From: Burkholderiaceae bacterium DAT-1
GTDB lineage: Bacteria; Pseudomonadota; Gammaproteobacteria; Burkholderiales; Chitinimonadaceae
Assembly: GCA_019084025.1 (NCBI GenBank)
Contig: JAHRBI010000001.1
Span: 520,663 to 584,662 of the forward strand
DNA: 64,000 nt
Direction of reading: 5' to 3'
The stretch's first letter is position 1, and each line of letters opens with the position of its first letter. Shown here one piece after another: positions 10,073 to 20,117 of the stretch. The notes under the pieces are model-generated. The model searched no databases. It was not told the DNA's origin and saw nothing but the letters and a program-made list of their open reading frames with translations. The translations under genes were made by a program, and so were the position numbers.

Positions 10073-10996
10073 ATGCACAAATGGAGCAAAGCAACACTCC
10101 TCATACTAACAATCTCATTTGGAGTATTTATTTGGCTTCCATACAAGCAAGAATATGGCCCAAGCAATAAATCAGCATCTACAACCGAATCTAAAATTAA
10201 GCACTCACAAGGCATATTTGGGACAGCCACCCAGACTCCCAACACAAAAGCAAGTCCATATCAAGTCGCGGATGCGTATCGCAACCTTGGACTTTCAAAT
10301 CGCACAGCTTTTGTTCGAGAAGCGCTCAAGCACCCCGAAATCGGCGGCATATACTATGCATCAATTGCATCCTCATTTTGCGAGCCACGCCCAAAATCAG
10401 AAGCGGAATACATTACCCACCTGAATCAATTTTCCGCAAGAAAAGGCGCCTCCTCTCAAGTTCAAATTGACGCTACCAATAAGCTAGCGAGGATGTGCGC
10501 GGGAGCCGGAGAAGTGTATTTCCATGCACGAAAAGATCCCTCGCTCTCAGAAAAAGACCCTTATGTAAATATCGAAAATTCGATTAGTGAAATTACAGCA
10601 AACGAGAAAGATCGGCTCATTGCAAAAGAAAAGATCCGGGCACTTTTTACTAAAAACATTGACGACCCTGTTTTACTGATCAGCCTTTCGAATAATTTTC
10701 TGCTTTCGGGAGAAAACTACAAGCAGGGCGGCGCTTATTATGCTGCTTCAATGCAGGCAATCTGCATGATGGGCGGAGAATGCTCCCCGAGGGCATCCCC
10801 TCAGATACTTCAGATGTGCGCATTGTCTCCCGAATCAGATTGCCACATTCCGGACACATGGGATCAATGGGGATATGTTTTCTCTGGCAATCAAGGCGAC
10901 ATCCACACTACTACTAGCACTGCCAATCAAATCGTAGCGTGTGCCAGAAAAGCCGATATTGATTGCTTCTACACCGTTCAGAAGCAGTTTGAGTGA
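10073..10996 (+). CDS. hypothetical membrane-anchored or exported Cys-rich protein (orphan)
   Basis: 307 aa with an N-terminal hydrophobic anchor (LLILTISFGVFIWL) and a C-terminal region with about 10 Cys. Low-GC codon usage. No recognisable domain. Confidence 0.5.
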   Translation: MHKWSKATLLILTISFGVFIWLPYKQEYGPSNKSASTTESKIKHSQGIFGTATQTPNTKASPYQVADAYRNLGLSNRTAFVREALKHPEIGGIYYASIASSFCEPRPKSEAEYITHLNQFSARKGASSQVQIDATNKLARMCAGAGEVYFHARKDPSLSEKDPYVNIENSISEITANEKDRLIAKEKIRALFTKNIDDPVLLISLSNNFLLSGENYKQGGAYYAASMQAICMMGGECSPRASPQILQMCALSPESDCHIPDTWDQWGYVFSGNQGDIHTTTSTANQIVACARKADIDCFYTVQKQFE

Positions 10997-11183
10997 AGCA
11001 AAATAGGGGTGCCACTCAAGCGTGAACAGCCATTCCCGCGTCCACAGCGTTTACATTTGTAAGCAGAGGCCACGGCCGGGCTTTGATTGATCCCACGCTA
11101 TAGCGACGATGCCGCGTGCACAGCATTGCACCTCAACCACCATGCATATACAATAAATCAACATAAAAATTGCATATGCACGA

Positions 11184-11573
11184 TTGGAGCACATCATGTC
11201 TGCGTTGCAAAAACCCGTCGCCCAGCCAGAAGTGGTACTCACCAAGGCCCTGCTGAATACTGCGAAGAAGCTCGATCTGAATCAGGCACAACTGAGCCGT
11301 ATTCTCGGCGTGGACCCATCCACCGTGTCGCGCATGGCGCGGGGCGCTTCTACGCTGCGCAGTACCGGCAAGGAATGGGATGCCGCTACCACGCTGATTC
11401 GCATTTACCGCTCGCTGGGCGGTTTGCTGGATGGCAATGAATCGCTGATGCTGGGCTGGTTTCAGAGCCTGAACCATGATTTCGGCAAATCGCCTTGCGA
11501 GGCCGTGCTGGAAAGTGCGGGCGGGATTTATCGGGTATGTGATTATCTGGATTCGCTGCGTGGTCGCTTTTAA
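11184..11573 (+). CDS. Xre/ParS/MbcA-family antitoxin (DUF2384) of a RES-Xre toxin-antitoxin pair
   Basis: 129 aa. The HTH segment LNQAQLSRILGVDPSTVSRMARG and the C-terminal DUF2384-like region are present. A RES gene follows. Confidence 0.75.
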   Translation: MEHIMSALQKPVAQPEVVLTKALLNTAKKLDLNQAQLSRILGVDPSTVSRMARGASTLRSTGKEWDAATTLIRIYRSLGGLLDGNESLMLGWFQSLNHDFGKSPCEAVLESAGGIYRVCDYLDSLRGRF

Positions 11574-11604
11574 TCTTCATCTTACCCGCCACCGCCTCTG
11601 GCGC

Positions 11605-12246
11605 GTGTGCGAGGGTCAAACCAAAAACTATGTGGCACCGCTGGTGGAAACCGTGGACGAGCTGGATGTGCTCGAATCCATTCTGGAATCATCCAAGCCG
11701 CCGTATTGCGCCGAAGATCCGCGTCATTTTCTGCTGTCCACGCCGTTTCGCTATGCCGAGCGCACGCCGGGCGGCTCTCGCTTTATTGCACATGGCGCAA
11801 CGGGGGCGATGTATGCGGGAGAAGTGCCGGAGGTCTGTTTCCGCGAAGCCGGGCACTGGGCCTATCACCGCTTTGTGCGCCAGTCAGAAGGGCTCAGTTC
11901 GCAGACGTTCAGCCTGCGCAGGACACTGTTTTCTTTTGATGTGAGTGGCGCAGCAATTGATCTGTTTGCGCCGCCCTTTGATGTGGATGCTGCAGCATGG
12001 CTGTCGCCGGACAATTATGTGCCCTGTCAGCGCATGGGATCGGCAGCGCGACAGGCCGGGATCGACCTGATCCGCTATCGCTCGGTGCGCGATCCGGATC
12101 ACCGCGCCGCCATGGTGGTATTGGCAGACAGGCCGATTGTGTCCAATGCACCGGCATCACAGGAAGACTTCGATCTGTTCATCGGCAAATCGCAAGTAGC
12201 CTGGCGGGGACTGCAATCGCGGGATCAATACACCATTGCAATTTGA
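11605..12246 (+). CDS. RES-domain toxin (NAD+-targeting, ParT/MbcT-like)
   Basis: R...E...S signature within SRFIAHGATGAMYAGEVPEVCFREAGHW. There is no in-frame ATG after the antitoxin stop. A GTG at 11605 was chosen, so the start is uncertain; the open frame extends back to 11476. Confidence 0.7.
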   Translation: MCEGQTKNYVAPLVETVDELDVLESILESSKPPYCAEDPRHFLLSTPFRYAERTPGGSRFIAHGATGAMYAGEVPEVCFREAGHWAYHRFVRQSEGLSSQTFSLRRTLFSFDVSGAAIDLFAPPFDVDAAAWLSPDNYVPCQRMGSAARQAGIDLIRYRSVRDPDHRAAMVVLADRPIVSNAPASQEDFDLFIGKSQVAWRGLQSRDQYTIAI

Positions 12247-12275
12247 TCCCGACTCCGGATATCGGGCTCGAAAGA

Positions 12276-13715
12276 CTACAGCGAAGCATCTGGCTGCCAT
12301 GCCCCAAGTGCTAGCTGAAGCTGACTATAGGCCTGAATCGCGTCGGCATGCGCGATCACTGCGCTACGGCGCGCCCGCTGATGCGCTGCCGCCCATTCAA
12401 GCGCACTGGCACGCGGATCCAGACTCGCACCCACCCTCGCCTTTGCACGCATGGCAACATCCTGCGTCAGTTTTTCGGCACGTTGCGCCTGAGCCAGCAC
12501 TGTCAGTGCAGCGGTCCATTGTCGCAGCGCCCCTTCACTCTCCTGCAGCGCCTGAAGCACAGTCCGCTCGAATCCATGCCATGCAGCCTCCTGCCCTGCT
12601 TGAGCAGCCGCAACACGTGCCCGATGCCGGCCGGCATCCAGCCAGTCCCAGCTCAAGGATGGTCCGGCGGCATAGCTGAATGCGGCACTGTTACCCAGAC
12701 TACCGAATGGCGCCCCCAGTCCGGCATTCAGATTGAGACTCAGCCGGGGCAAGTGCGCGCGGTCCGCCAGAACTGTCTCCCCGATGGCTGCACGCAAATT
12801 TGCATCCGCACGTAGCACATCCGGTCGGCGTGCGAGCAAGTCCGAGGGTCTGACCAGTCCATCCTGCGCAGGCAGGGTGAGGGTGATAGCATCCGATGAG
12901 GCGAGTGAGCCAGCCCATGCACCCCGCTCCGCAGGCGAGCGGCCGGTCAGGACTGCCAGTGCATCCAAATGCCGTTCCAGCATTGCCCGAGCCTGCGCCT
13001 GCTCGGAAACAGCCCTGGCCTCATCACCCTGCGCCGCCAGAAGCACTGCGCGGTCGATCAGTCCTGCATCCACCCTCGCGGTCAGATGCCGGCTCCGCTC
13101 GGACAATACGGTGACTTCTTCCACCAGACTTTGCACAATCTGCTGTTGCTGGCGCAGGCCAGCGTATTGCCGGACCACCTCCATCTGGATCAGCGCGACA
13201 GCCGCATGCCAGTCAGCATGAGCGGCATCGGCTCGCCGGGCAGCTACGCCTGAGGCTGTTCCTATCCGTCCAAACAGATCGATTTCCCATGACAGTCCCT
13301 GGCCGAGCTGCATGACATTCCGTTCCGGCGCTCGGGGTAACCCTTCATTAAACGGATCGACATCGAGCATCGAAGGACGCTGCTTCTGCACCTGCCCCTC
13401 TAGACGTCCCTGCGGCCGCGCGTCGCGCTGCGCAGCATCTGCAAGTGCTCTGGCACTGCGTACACCCGCCAGTGCTGCCACAATGTCGTGATTGTTGGCC
13501 ATAGCATCCTGTACCAGCGTATCGAGCACCGGATCGTTCAGCGCACGCCACCATTGCCGTGCGGGCACCCCGGAGGCCATACCTGCGTCAATTGCCGCAG
13601 GACTGACAGGTTGATTCGCAGACAGATGCGTCAGCTGACTGGGCGCATGTACAGACGCGCAACCGCTCACAAGAATGGCCACCGAACAGGCGGTCAGGAT
13701 AGGGTACCGAAACAT
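12276..13715 (-). CDS. RND efflux outer membrane factor lipoprotein (NodT/OprM family)
   Basis: 479 aa with a lipoprotein signal (LVSGCAS). Last gene of the MFP-RND-OMF operon. Confidence 0.85.
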   Translation of the reverse strand: MFRYPILTACSVAILVSGCASVHAPSQLTHLSANQPVSPAAIDAGMASGVPARQWWRALNDPVLDTLVQDAMANNHDIVAALAGVRSARALADAAQRDARPQGRLEGQVQKQRPSMLDVDPFNEGLPRAPERNVMQLGQGLSWEIDLFGRIGTASGVAARRADAAHADWHAAVALIQMEVVRQYAGLRQQQQIVQSLVEEVTVLSERSRHLTARVDAGLIDRAVLLAAQGDEARAVSEQAQARAMLERHLDALAVLTGRSPAERGAWAGSLASSDAITLTLPAQDGLVRPSDLLARRPDVLRADANLRAAIGETVLADRAHLPRLSLNLNAGLGAPFGSLGNSAAFSYAAGPSLSWDWLDAGRHRARVAAAQAGQEAAWHGFERTVLQALQESEGALRQWTAALTVLAQAQRAEKLTQDVAMRAKARVGASLDPRASALEWAAAHQRARRSAVIAHADAIQAYSQLQLALGAWQPDASL

Positions 13716-13731
13716 GCCGTTTTCCTTGGTT

Positions 13732-16700
13732 TTATGCTTCCGGGACGTTCACACGATAGACAGTCGCGTATAGCGCCGGTATCAGACCCAGTGTGATCAG
13801 CGTGCCCAGTGCCAATCCGCCAATCATCACCACGGCCAGACTGGTCCAGACCACGCCGCCAAACAGCCAGAGCGGAACCAATCCCAGAATACAGACCAGT
13901 TTGGTCATGACGATAGGACGAAGTCGTTTGGCACCTGCATCTTCAATCGCATCGACAGGTGACAGGCCGGCACGGCGACCATCCTCGATAGCATCGAGCA
14001 GTAGAACCGCGTTATTGACGATAATCCCTGCCAGTGCCAGCAGCCCGAGTGTCCCCACAAAGGTCAGCGTGGTTCCGGTGGCCTTCAGCGCCAGCGCGGC
14101 ACCAATAGAGACAAAGGGAATACTGGCCAGCACAATCAGGCTCTTGCGCATGCTTTCAAACTGCCAGACAAAGAGCAGGAACATGGCAATGACGCACGCT
14201 GGCAGGAGCTTGAGAATGGCATCGTTGGCACTGGCGTTTTCTTCGATCTCGCCACCTAGCGCAATACTCACGTCGCCGGCAGCGTGCGCCTGATCCAGAA
14301 CAGGTTTCACAGCGTCAGCAATTGCCTGAGCGGTCATACCGGGATGCTTGGCCAGCAGGGTGACTGCACGCGTCTGGTTATAGCGCTGGATGACCGAATG
14401 CTGTGGCAGCAGTTTGAGTGTGGCCACCTGCCCCAGTAGTGCCGATCCGCCTCCGTCTGCACGGGAAACTGGCAACGCAGCCAATTGCGCGATATTTGAC
14501 CGAAGCGCGCGATCCCCTCTCAGGATCACAGGCAGGACGGTATTGCCTTCTCGATATTGCGTGACCGGCGCGCCTGCCAGCATCAAATCCAGACTGCGCG
14601 CAATGTCGGCACTGCTGACGCCTGCGGCATGCGCCCGAGCCTGATCCACCTGTACATCCACTTCCAGAATTTCGCGTTCTGCATCATTGGACACCAGCTC
14701 CATACCCGGTATGGCCTGCAACGCCTTCTGCAATGCATCAGCCATATCATGATGGCGATTGCCATCACTGCTGGACAGGCGGAACACCGCTGTCCCACTA
14801 TCGGATGAGCCCATCGAGAATCGCTTCGGTTCAAAGCGGATATCCGGAAATCGCAGAGCCAGTGCCGTTCTGAGATGCTGGATTGCCGCAGCATGCGTAA
14901 CGCCCGGCGCTAGACTGATCACCGCATACGCACGATGCGCCGCAGGGGTTGGCGGATTCAGTGCCAGAATAAACCGTGGACCACCATCGCCCATATATAT
15001 GGCATGACTGGCAACGTCCGGAAACGCTTTGCGATCGGCCAGTGCCTGACTGATTCGTCCTGTCATGGCCAGGGTGTGCGAGGTGCTGGCATCCGGTGCA
15101 AGCTCGATACTCATCTGCAACTGGCGTCGTTCGGATGCAGGCATCAGCTCGGAGGGCACCGTACTGAACACCCCGCCCGCTGTGATGAGCAGTACCAGCA
15201 TGACGCCGATATACATTCCCTTGTGACGCAAAACCCAGCGTACTTTCCCGCGATACCATCCCGTGAGCGATTCAACCGCTCTGGCCACCCGACTTAACTC
15301 TGCATGATGATGCGCAAACCGCTGGCACAGCAGCGGCGTAAACGTCACGGCCAGCAGCAGGGATAACAACAAGGCAATGGCCATGACAATGCCCATGCTG
15401 CGCAGGTACTCGCCCGTTTCCGTATGCGAAAGCACCAGCGGCATGAAGGTCAGGATAATGGCCAGCGATGACACCAGCAGCGGGACAAACATGGTTCGAC
15501 CGGCCTCGGCAGCGGCCTGCTCTCGTGACTCGCCCAGCGCAAGCCGCCGCTCCATGTCTTCTGCCACCACAATGGCATTGTCTACAAATAAGCCAAGCGC
15601 GATGATGATGGCACCAATCGAGATGATATGCAGATCGATATCCAGCAGCTTCATGATGGCCAGCGTACCCAGTACTGTGGTTGGCACAATGGCACCGACA
15701 ATCAATCCTGTACGCAGCCCCAGAAACAGCACCACAACACCCATGACGATAATCGTGGTCTCAAGGAACACCTGCCCGACCTGTTTGAGCTGCTTGGTGA
15801 CGATCTGAGCCTGATCGGTAATCGGCACCAGGGTCATGCCAGCCGGGAGTCGTGCCTCGAGCGTTTGCAAGCGCTCGCGCAGCTGTCCGGCAAAGCTGGT
15901 CACATTTAATCCGGGATCCATCGAGACCGCGATGACGGCCGCGGGCTGTCCATTCACAAAGGCGGCCGTCAGCGGCGGGTCTTGTGTCACCCGCTCGATG
16001 CGCGCGATCTGTCCCAGTAATACCGTCCCGCCCGATGGCAGGGCAATCGGCGTACGCTTCAGGGCTTCATACCGGTCGACATCGCCACTTACCTTGAGGG
16101 CGATCTCCGTGCCGTCCAGTTCGACAAACCCTGCAGCAGCAATCACATTGCGCCTGGATACCGCCTGAGCCACCACGGCCGGGCTCAGTCCTTTTGCTGC
16201 CAGTGCAGGCATGTTCAGGACAATCTGCACTTGCTCATCGCGTATACCGTGCAGGGAAACACGCTCGACGCCCGATAGGTTCAGCAGCTCATCTCTCAGG
16301 CGTCGAGCCTGCTCCCGAAGTTCTCCGGCGGTATACCCGGGTCCGGTTAAGCCGACGGTCAGCACGGCCACCCGTCCAAACTCATCATCCACCAACGGCC
16401 CCTGTGTCCCGTCAGGCAAGCTGGGACGCAAATCATTCATTCGTGCGCGCAGGCGCTGCCAGACATCCGGCAATCGCCCGGGCGTCACGCCGGGATCAAG
16501 CTCGACATAGGTAAACGCAAATCCGGGGCGCACGGAGGTTTTGACGCGCTTGACTTCAGGCAGGCCAAGGATGGCCTCTTCAGTCGGGCGTGCCACCAGC
16601 TGCTCTACCCGTTCAACATTTGCGCCGGGCAAAAAGCTCAGCACAGTGGCGGTCCGTACGGTGACGGGGGGCTCTTCGGTCGACGGAAAATCCAGCGCCA

Positions 16701-16785
16701 TCCACAGCCCCGCCAGAATCAGCGCCAGCACTGCCAGAAAGGTAAATCGCGGACGCGCCAGCGCATGCAGGGCAATATTGCTCAT
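13732..16785 (-). CDS. RND multidrug efflux permease (HAE1, AcrB/MexB family)
   Basis: 1017 aa, 12-TM RND architecture. There is a 4-nt ATGA overlap with the upstream MFP gene. Confidence 0.9.
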   Translation of the reverse strand: MSNIALHALARPRFTFLAVLALILAGLWMALDFPSTEEPPVTVRTATVLSFLPGANVERVEQLVARPTEEAILGLPEVKRVKTSVRPGFAFTYVELDPGVTPGRLPDVWQRLRARMNDLRPSLPDGTQGPLVDDEFGRVAVLTVGLTGPGYTAGELREQARRLRDELLNLSGVERVSLHGIRDEQVQIVLNMPALAAKGLSPAVVAQAVSRRNVIAAAGFVELDGTEIALKVSGDVDRYEALKRTPIALPSGGTVLLGQIARIERVTQDPPLTAAFVNGQPAAVIAVSMDPGLNVTSFAGQLRERLQTLEARLPAGMTLVPITDQAQIVTKQLKQVGQVFLETTIIVMGVVVLFLGLRTGLIVGAIVPTTVLGTLAIMKLLDIDLHIISIGAIIIALGLFVDNAIVVAEDMERRLALGESREQAAAEAGRTMFVPLLVSSLAIILTFMPLVLSHTETGEYLRSMGIVMAIALLLSLLLAVTFTPLLCQRFAHHHAELSRVARAVESLTGWYRGKVRWVLRHKGMYIGVMLVLLITAGGVFSTVPSELMPASERRQLQMSIELAPDASTSHTLAMTGRISQALADRKAFPDVASHAIYMGDGGPRFILALNPPTPAAHRAYAVISLAPGVTHAAAIQHLRTALALRFPDIRFEPKRFSMGSSDSGTAVFRLSSSDGNRHHDMADALQKALQAIPGMELVSNDAEREILEVDVQVDQARAHAAGVSSADIARSLDLMLAGAPVTQYREGNTVLPVILRGDRALRSNIAQLAALPVSRADGGGSALLGQVATLKLLPQHSVIQRYNQTRAVTLLAKHPGMTAQAIADAVKPVLDQAHAAGDVSIALGGEIEENASANDAILKLLPACVIAMFLLFVWQFESMRKSLIVLASIPFVSIGAALALKATGTTLTFVGTLGLLALAGIIVNNAVLLLDAIEDGRRAGLSPVDAIEDAGAKRLRPIVMTKLVCILGLVPLWLFGGVVWTSLAVVMIGGLALGTLITLGLIPALYATVYRVNVPEA

Positions 16786-17882
16786 GGCTGCTCCCTGCCT
16801 TGCGCCGATGTGTACATCAGAGGTTGCACCAGACTGCCGGGGCGGATCGCAGCCGCCCCCGCCACCACGACACGCTCACCTGCGGCAAGCCCCTGCAGCA
16901 CCTCGATTGAATCGCCGCGAATCTCGCCCAGCTTGACGGGCACGGACGCTACTTTACGGCTCTCACCTGCCAATCTCAGCACACGCCCTGTGCCCGGTGT
17001 CACGTCAAACATCACCGCACGCAACGGAACCTGTGCATTCCCCTGCTGCGCAATCGCACTTCTGATGCTAACTGTCCACGTTGCACCCACTGTGGCAGTC
17101 TCCGGAACCGCCAGAAACACCCGACGGCTACCACCTGCCTCGAGTCGGGGGCTGATCCGCAGCAACTTGCCGGGCATGTCCATTCCTTCCCCCGTCAAAT
17201 GGACAGACTGTCTGGGTGTCAGCACCATATTGGCAGGTACCAGCACAGAGAGTTCACGTGCATCACCATCAATCAGCATTACCGCGGCGCCGGGACCCAC
17301 GGCATGACCGGGCTCGATCAGACGACCTGCAACTCTACCCGCGGCCGGCGCGCGCAGTGTCGATTGCTCAAGCGTCCATGTGGCCAATTGCTTCTGAGAC
17401 CTTGCTGTCAGCACAGCCGCCTCAGCCGCCGCCACTTCGGCCGATACCGCTTCCATTTCCCCTGCGGAAATCGCATCTCCCACTTGCACACGGCGCATAC
17501 GCTCAAGTCGCTGACGGCTTTCCTGCAATTTTGCTTCGGCGCCCGCCAGTGAGCCCTGCGCTGCACCCAGCTGCGCCTGAACAGGTTGCAGATCCATGAT
17601 TGCGAGCGCCTGCCCGGCCTGCACGGTATCACCCACGTCGACCATCACCTCGGTCACCCGGCCAGAAACCGGAAAGGCTAGTTCAGTGCGCCGCGCCGCA
17701 CGTACCTCCCCCACAAATTGCAGCGCTTCAGCATCTCCCGCACGCACCTCGGCGACAAATGCAGGTACGCCCTTGTCGGGCGCGACTGTAGCGTCAGGTG
17801 CCGAACATCCGGCAAGACCGGCCAGAAGGATAAGCGGGGCAGCCAACAGGCGAGTTTGAAAGGAATGAAACAGCTGTGTCAT
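16782..17882 (-). CDS. RND efflux periplasmic adaptor (membrane fusion protein)
   Basis: HlyD-like lipoprotein. The start was assigned to MTQLFHSFQTRLLAAPLILLAGLAGC (lipobox). An upstream in-frame Met at 17897 is also possible. Confidence 0.8.
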   Translation of the reverse strand: MTQLFHSFQTRLLAAPLILLAGLAGCSAPDATVAPDKGVPAFVAEVRAGDAEALQFVGEVRAARRTELAFPVSGRVTEVMVDVGDTVQAGQALAIMDLQPVQAQLGAAQGSLAGAEAKLQESRQRLERMRRVQVGDAISAGEMEAVSAEVAAAEAAVLTARSQKQLATWTLEQSTLRAPAAGRVAGRLIEPGHAVGPGAAVMLIDGDARELSVLVPANMVLTPRQSVHLTGEGMDMPGKLLRISPRLEAGGSRRVFLAVPETATVGATWTVSIRSAIAQQGNAQVPLRAVMFDVTPGTGRVLRLAGESRKVASVPVKLGEIRGDSIEVLQGLAAGERVVVAGAAAIRPGSLVQPLMYTSAQGREQP

Positions 17883-18268
17883 GCATCTCTCCCGCATTGC
17901 GGAGGTAAATGGAGCCAATCAGAAATAGGCGTGACCCTGCCATGGCGAAACCGGTCCGGATCACGAGGGCGTAACTGTAGACGAGTAACCTAGAACTCAA
18001 TGAGGACAGAAAAGGCCATTTGCAGGACACTTTCGGACGATCAGCAATGCGAGAGGAGAGTAAAGCTCATTTAAACAGCGTATAACAGCTCCCGACATAT
18101 AAATACCACTTAAATACAACTGAATCTGTAAGCGACATTCTGGTCAGATCATGCGTACGAGGGAGCCGCCTGTGGAGATAGCCGGCAGAATGAGTGACAG
18201 GCTCGCCAAAGTCGTTCAAGATATCCGCTGATACAAATTGAAATAGTTTTGATGGCACCCGGATTATC

Positions 18269-19291
18269 ATGGAAACAGATCAACGCAGGCACGCAACGAT
18301 TGTCCCCACCATTGCGCGGGCGCTGCTTGCACAAATTGAGGCACAGGGTACGTCACCAGATCAGCTTTGCCGCGGACTGGGCTTCTCCTATCCGGATCTC
18401 CTGCATCACCACTTGCATCTCTCTTACGCGCAGGTACGAGAACTCATCGTCCGTTCGCAGCGCCTGATTCAGGATCCCGTACTCGGACTGATGGTTGGTA
18501 TCCGCCAGATGCCTGTCTCATGGGGGGTGGCAGGCCTGATGATGCTCACGTGCGAAACGCTGGGAGAGGCCATGCTGAAAGGCATTTCCCATCAGGATGA
18601 TGCCGGTACGCTGGTGAACCACATCGTGCATGAAATGGGCGCGGAGATGCATATCGAAGTGGTTCCCAGGCACATGGATCAACTGATCGAGACCTTCCTG
18701 ATTGATGAGGCACTGGCAAGTGTGGTCTCGGTGGGTCGCTATCTGGCGGGCGCCGCTTTCAGTCCGCTTCGCGTGGACTTTGCCCTGCCCCGGCCAGGAC
18801 AGGAGACTGCGTTCTCGCAGATACTGGGCTGTCCGGTACGCTTCGATACGGGAAGCAACCGGATCATTCTGGCCACGCACTGGCTGGAGACCAGATTACC
18901 CGGCTACGATCGCGTCACGTCCGGTGCAGTGCAGTCGCAATTGAGCACCTTACTTGCCAAACCAGCCGGTCGATATGATCTGGTCGAGACCGTCGCCAAT
19001 CGTGTGCGGACAGAACAAGGCGCACTCCCGAAGCAGGTCGACATCGCGAGCATGGTGAATGTCAGCCCGCGCACACTTCGTCGCAGGCTGGGCGAGCAGG
19101 ACACCAGTTATCGTTCACTTCGCGATAGCGCCCGCTATGCAAAAGCATGCGAACTGTTGCTGAACTCCGACGCCACCATCGCGGAAGTCGCAGAGCGGGT
19201 TGGCTATTCAGATGCCCGCGCCTTCAGGCGCGCCTTCAAACGCTGGTCAGGTGTCTTACCGACCGATTTCCGTGAACGCGAGGCCGGGTAA
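18269..19291 (+). CDS. AraC-family transcriptional regulator
   Basis: 340 aa with a C-terminal AraC HTH (SDATIAEVAERVGYSDARAFRRAFKRW). Divergent from the RND operon. Confidence 0.8.
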   Translation: METDQRRHATIVPTIARALLAQIEAQGTSPDQLCRGLGFSYPDLLHHHLHLSYAQVRELIVRSQRLIQDPVLGLMVGIRQMPVSWGVAGLMMLTCETLGEAMLKGISHQDDAGTLVNHIVHEMGAEMHIEVVPRHMDQLIETFLIDEALASVVSVGRYLAGAAFSPLRVDFALPRPGQETAFSQILGCPVRFDTGSNRIILATHWLETRLPGYDRVTSGAVQSQLSTLLAKPAGRYDLVETVANRVRTEQGALPKQVDIASMVNVSPRTLRRRLGEQDTSYRSLRDSARYAKACELLLNSDATIAEVAERVGYSDARAFRRAFKRWSGVLPTDFREREAG

Positions 19292-19427
19292 CTTCCGCGC
19301 GCGCCTCAACCGCGCCTATCATCCCGCATCACTGTCTGATCCCCGCACCTTAGCTTCATGACAGGGCTGCCGCTCATGGGATATAGTCCTGAGTGCGGCC
19401 AGCAGACTGGCTCGCACTGACAGGAGC

Positions 19428-20117
19428 ATGAAACTGGTACGCCTCATCCTCATCGAAGACGACCCTGATCTAGCCGATGCACTATGCATCAATCTGGAAC
19501 GCAGCGGCTATGATGTCCTTCACGTCGCAGACGGCCTGATCGCCGAGGTCAAGCTATTGCGCGAGGAAGTAGATATCGCGGTGCTTGATCTGGGTCTGCC
19601 CGGACAGCATGGTCTCACCCTGCTGCGCCATATCCGTCCGCAGAAACCAGATTTACCCATCTTGATTCTGACTGCCTTTGAAGGCGTGGAAGACCGTGTG
19701 GCCGGACTGGATGCAGGCGCGGATGATTATCTGGTGAAGCCTTTCCAGTTTGTTGAACTGGAAGCCCGCCTCAAGGCACTCCTGCGCCGTACCCACAATA
19801 CCTCGGCCAATCAGCTAAAAATGGGTCGCCTGAGACTGGATCGCGAAGGTCAGCGCGCGTGGATTGATGACAGCCCGCTCGACCTGTCCGCCCGCGAGCT
19901 GGCCGTCCTCGATATTCTGATGGTGCAGCACAAGCGCGTGGTGACCAAGGAGCAGATTGCCGCCGAGCTAGGAGGCGAGGATATTGGTGCCAATGCCATC
20001 GAAGTCTATGTCCACCGTCTGCGCAAGAAAATCGAACCTTCGGGTGTGGGCATCCGCACCGTACGCGGTCTAGGCTATCTGATCGAGCCCGCTGAAGATG
20101 CTGCTGCCCGGCCGTAA
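19428..20117 (+). CDS. two-component response regulator (OmpR/PhoB winged-helix family)
   Basis: A REC domain (DLGLPGQHG, the phospho-acceptor Asp) plus a winged-helix C-terminus. Overlaps the kinase gene. Confidence 0.85.
   Translation: MKLVRLILIEDDPDLADALCINLERSGYDVLHVADGLIAEVKLLREEVDIAVLDLGLPGQHGLTLLRHIRPQKPDLPILILTAFEGVEDRVAGLDAGADDYLVKPFQFVELEARLKALLRRTHNTSANQLKMGRLRLDREGQRAWIDDSPLDLSARELAVLDILMVQHKRVVTKEQIAAELGGEDIGANAIEVYVHRLRKKIEPSGVGIRTVRGLGYLIEPAEDAAARP

Noticed and set aside
10119-10424. 101-aa alternative-frame ORF inside the 307-aa orphan gene
   Set aside because: It is fully embedded in the longer ORF, which has a plausible signal anchor and consistent codon usage. There is no ribosome binding site.
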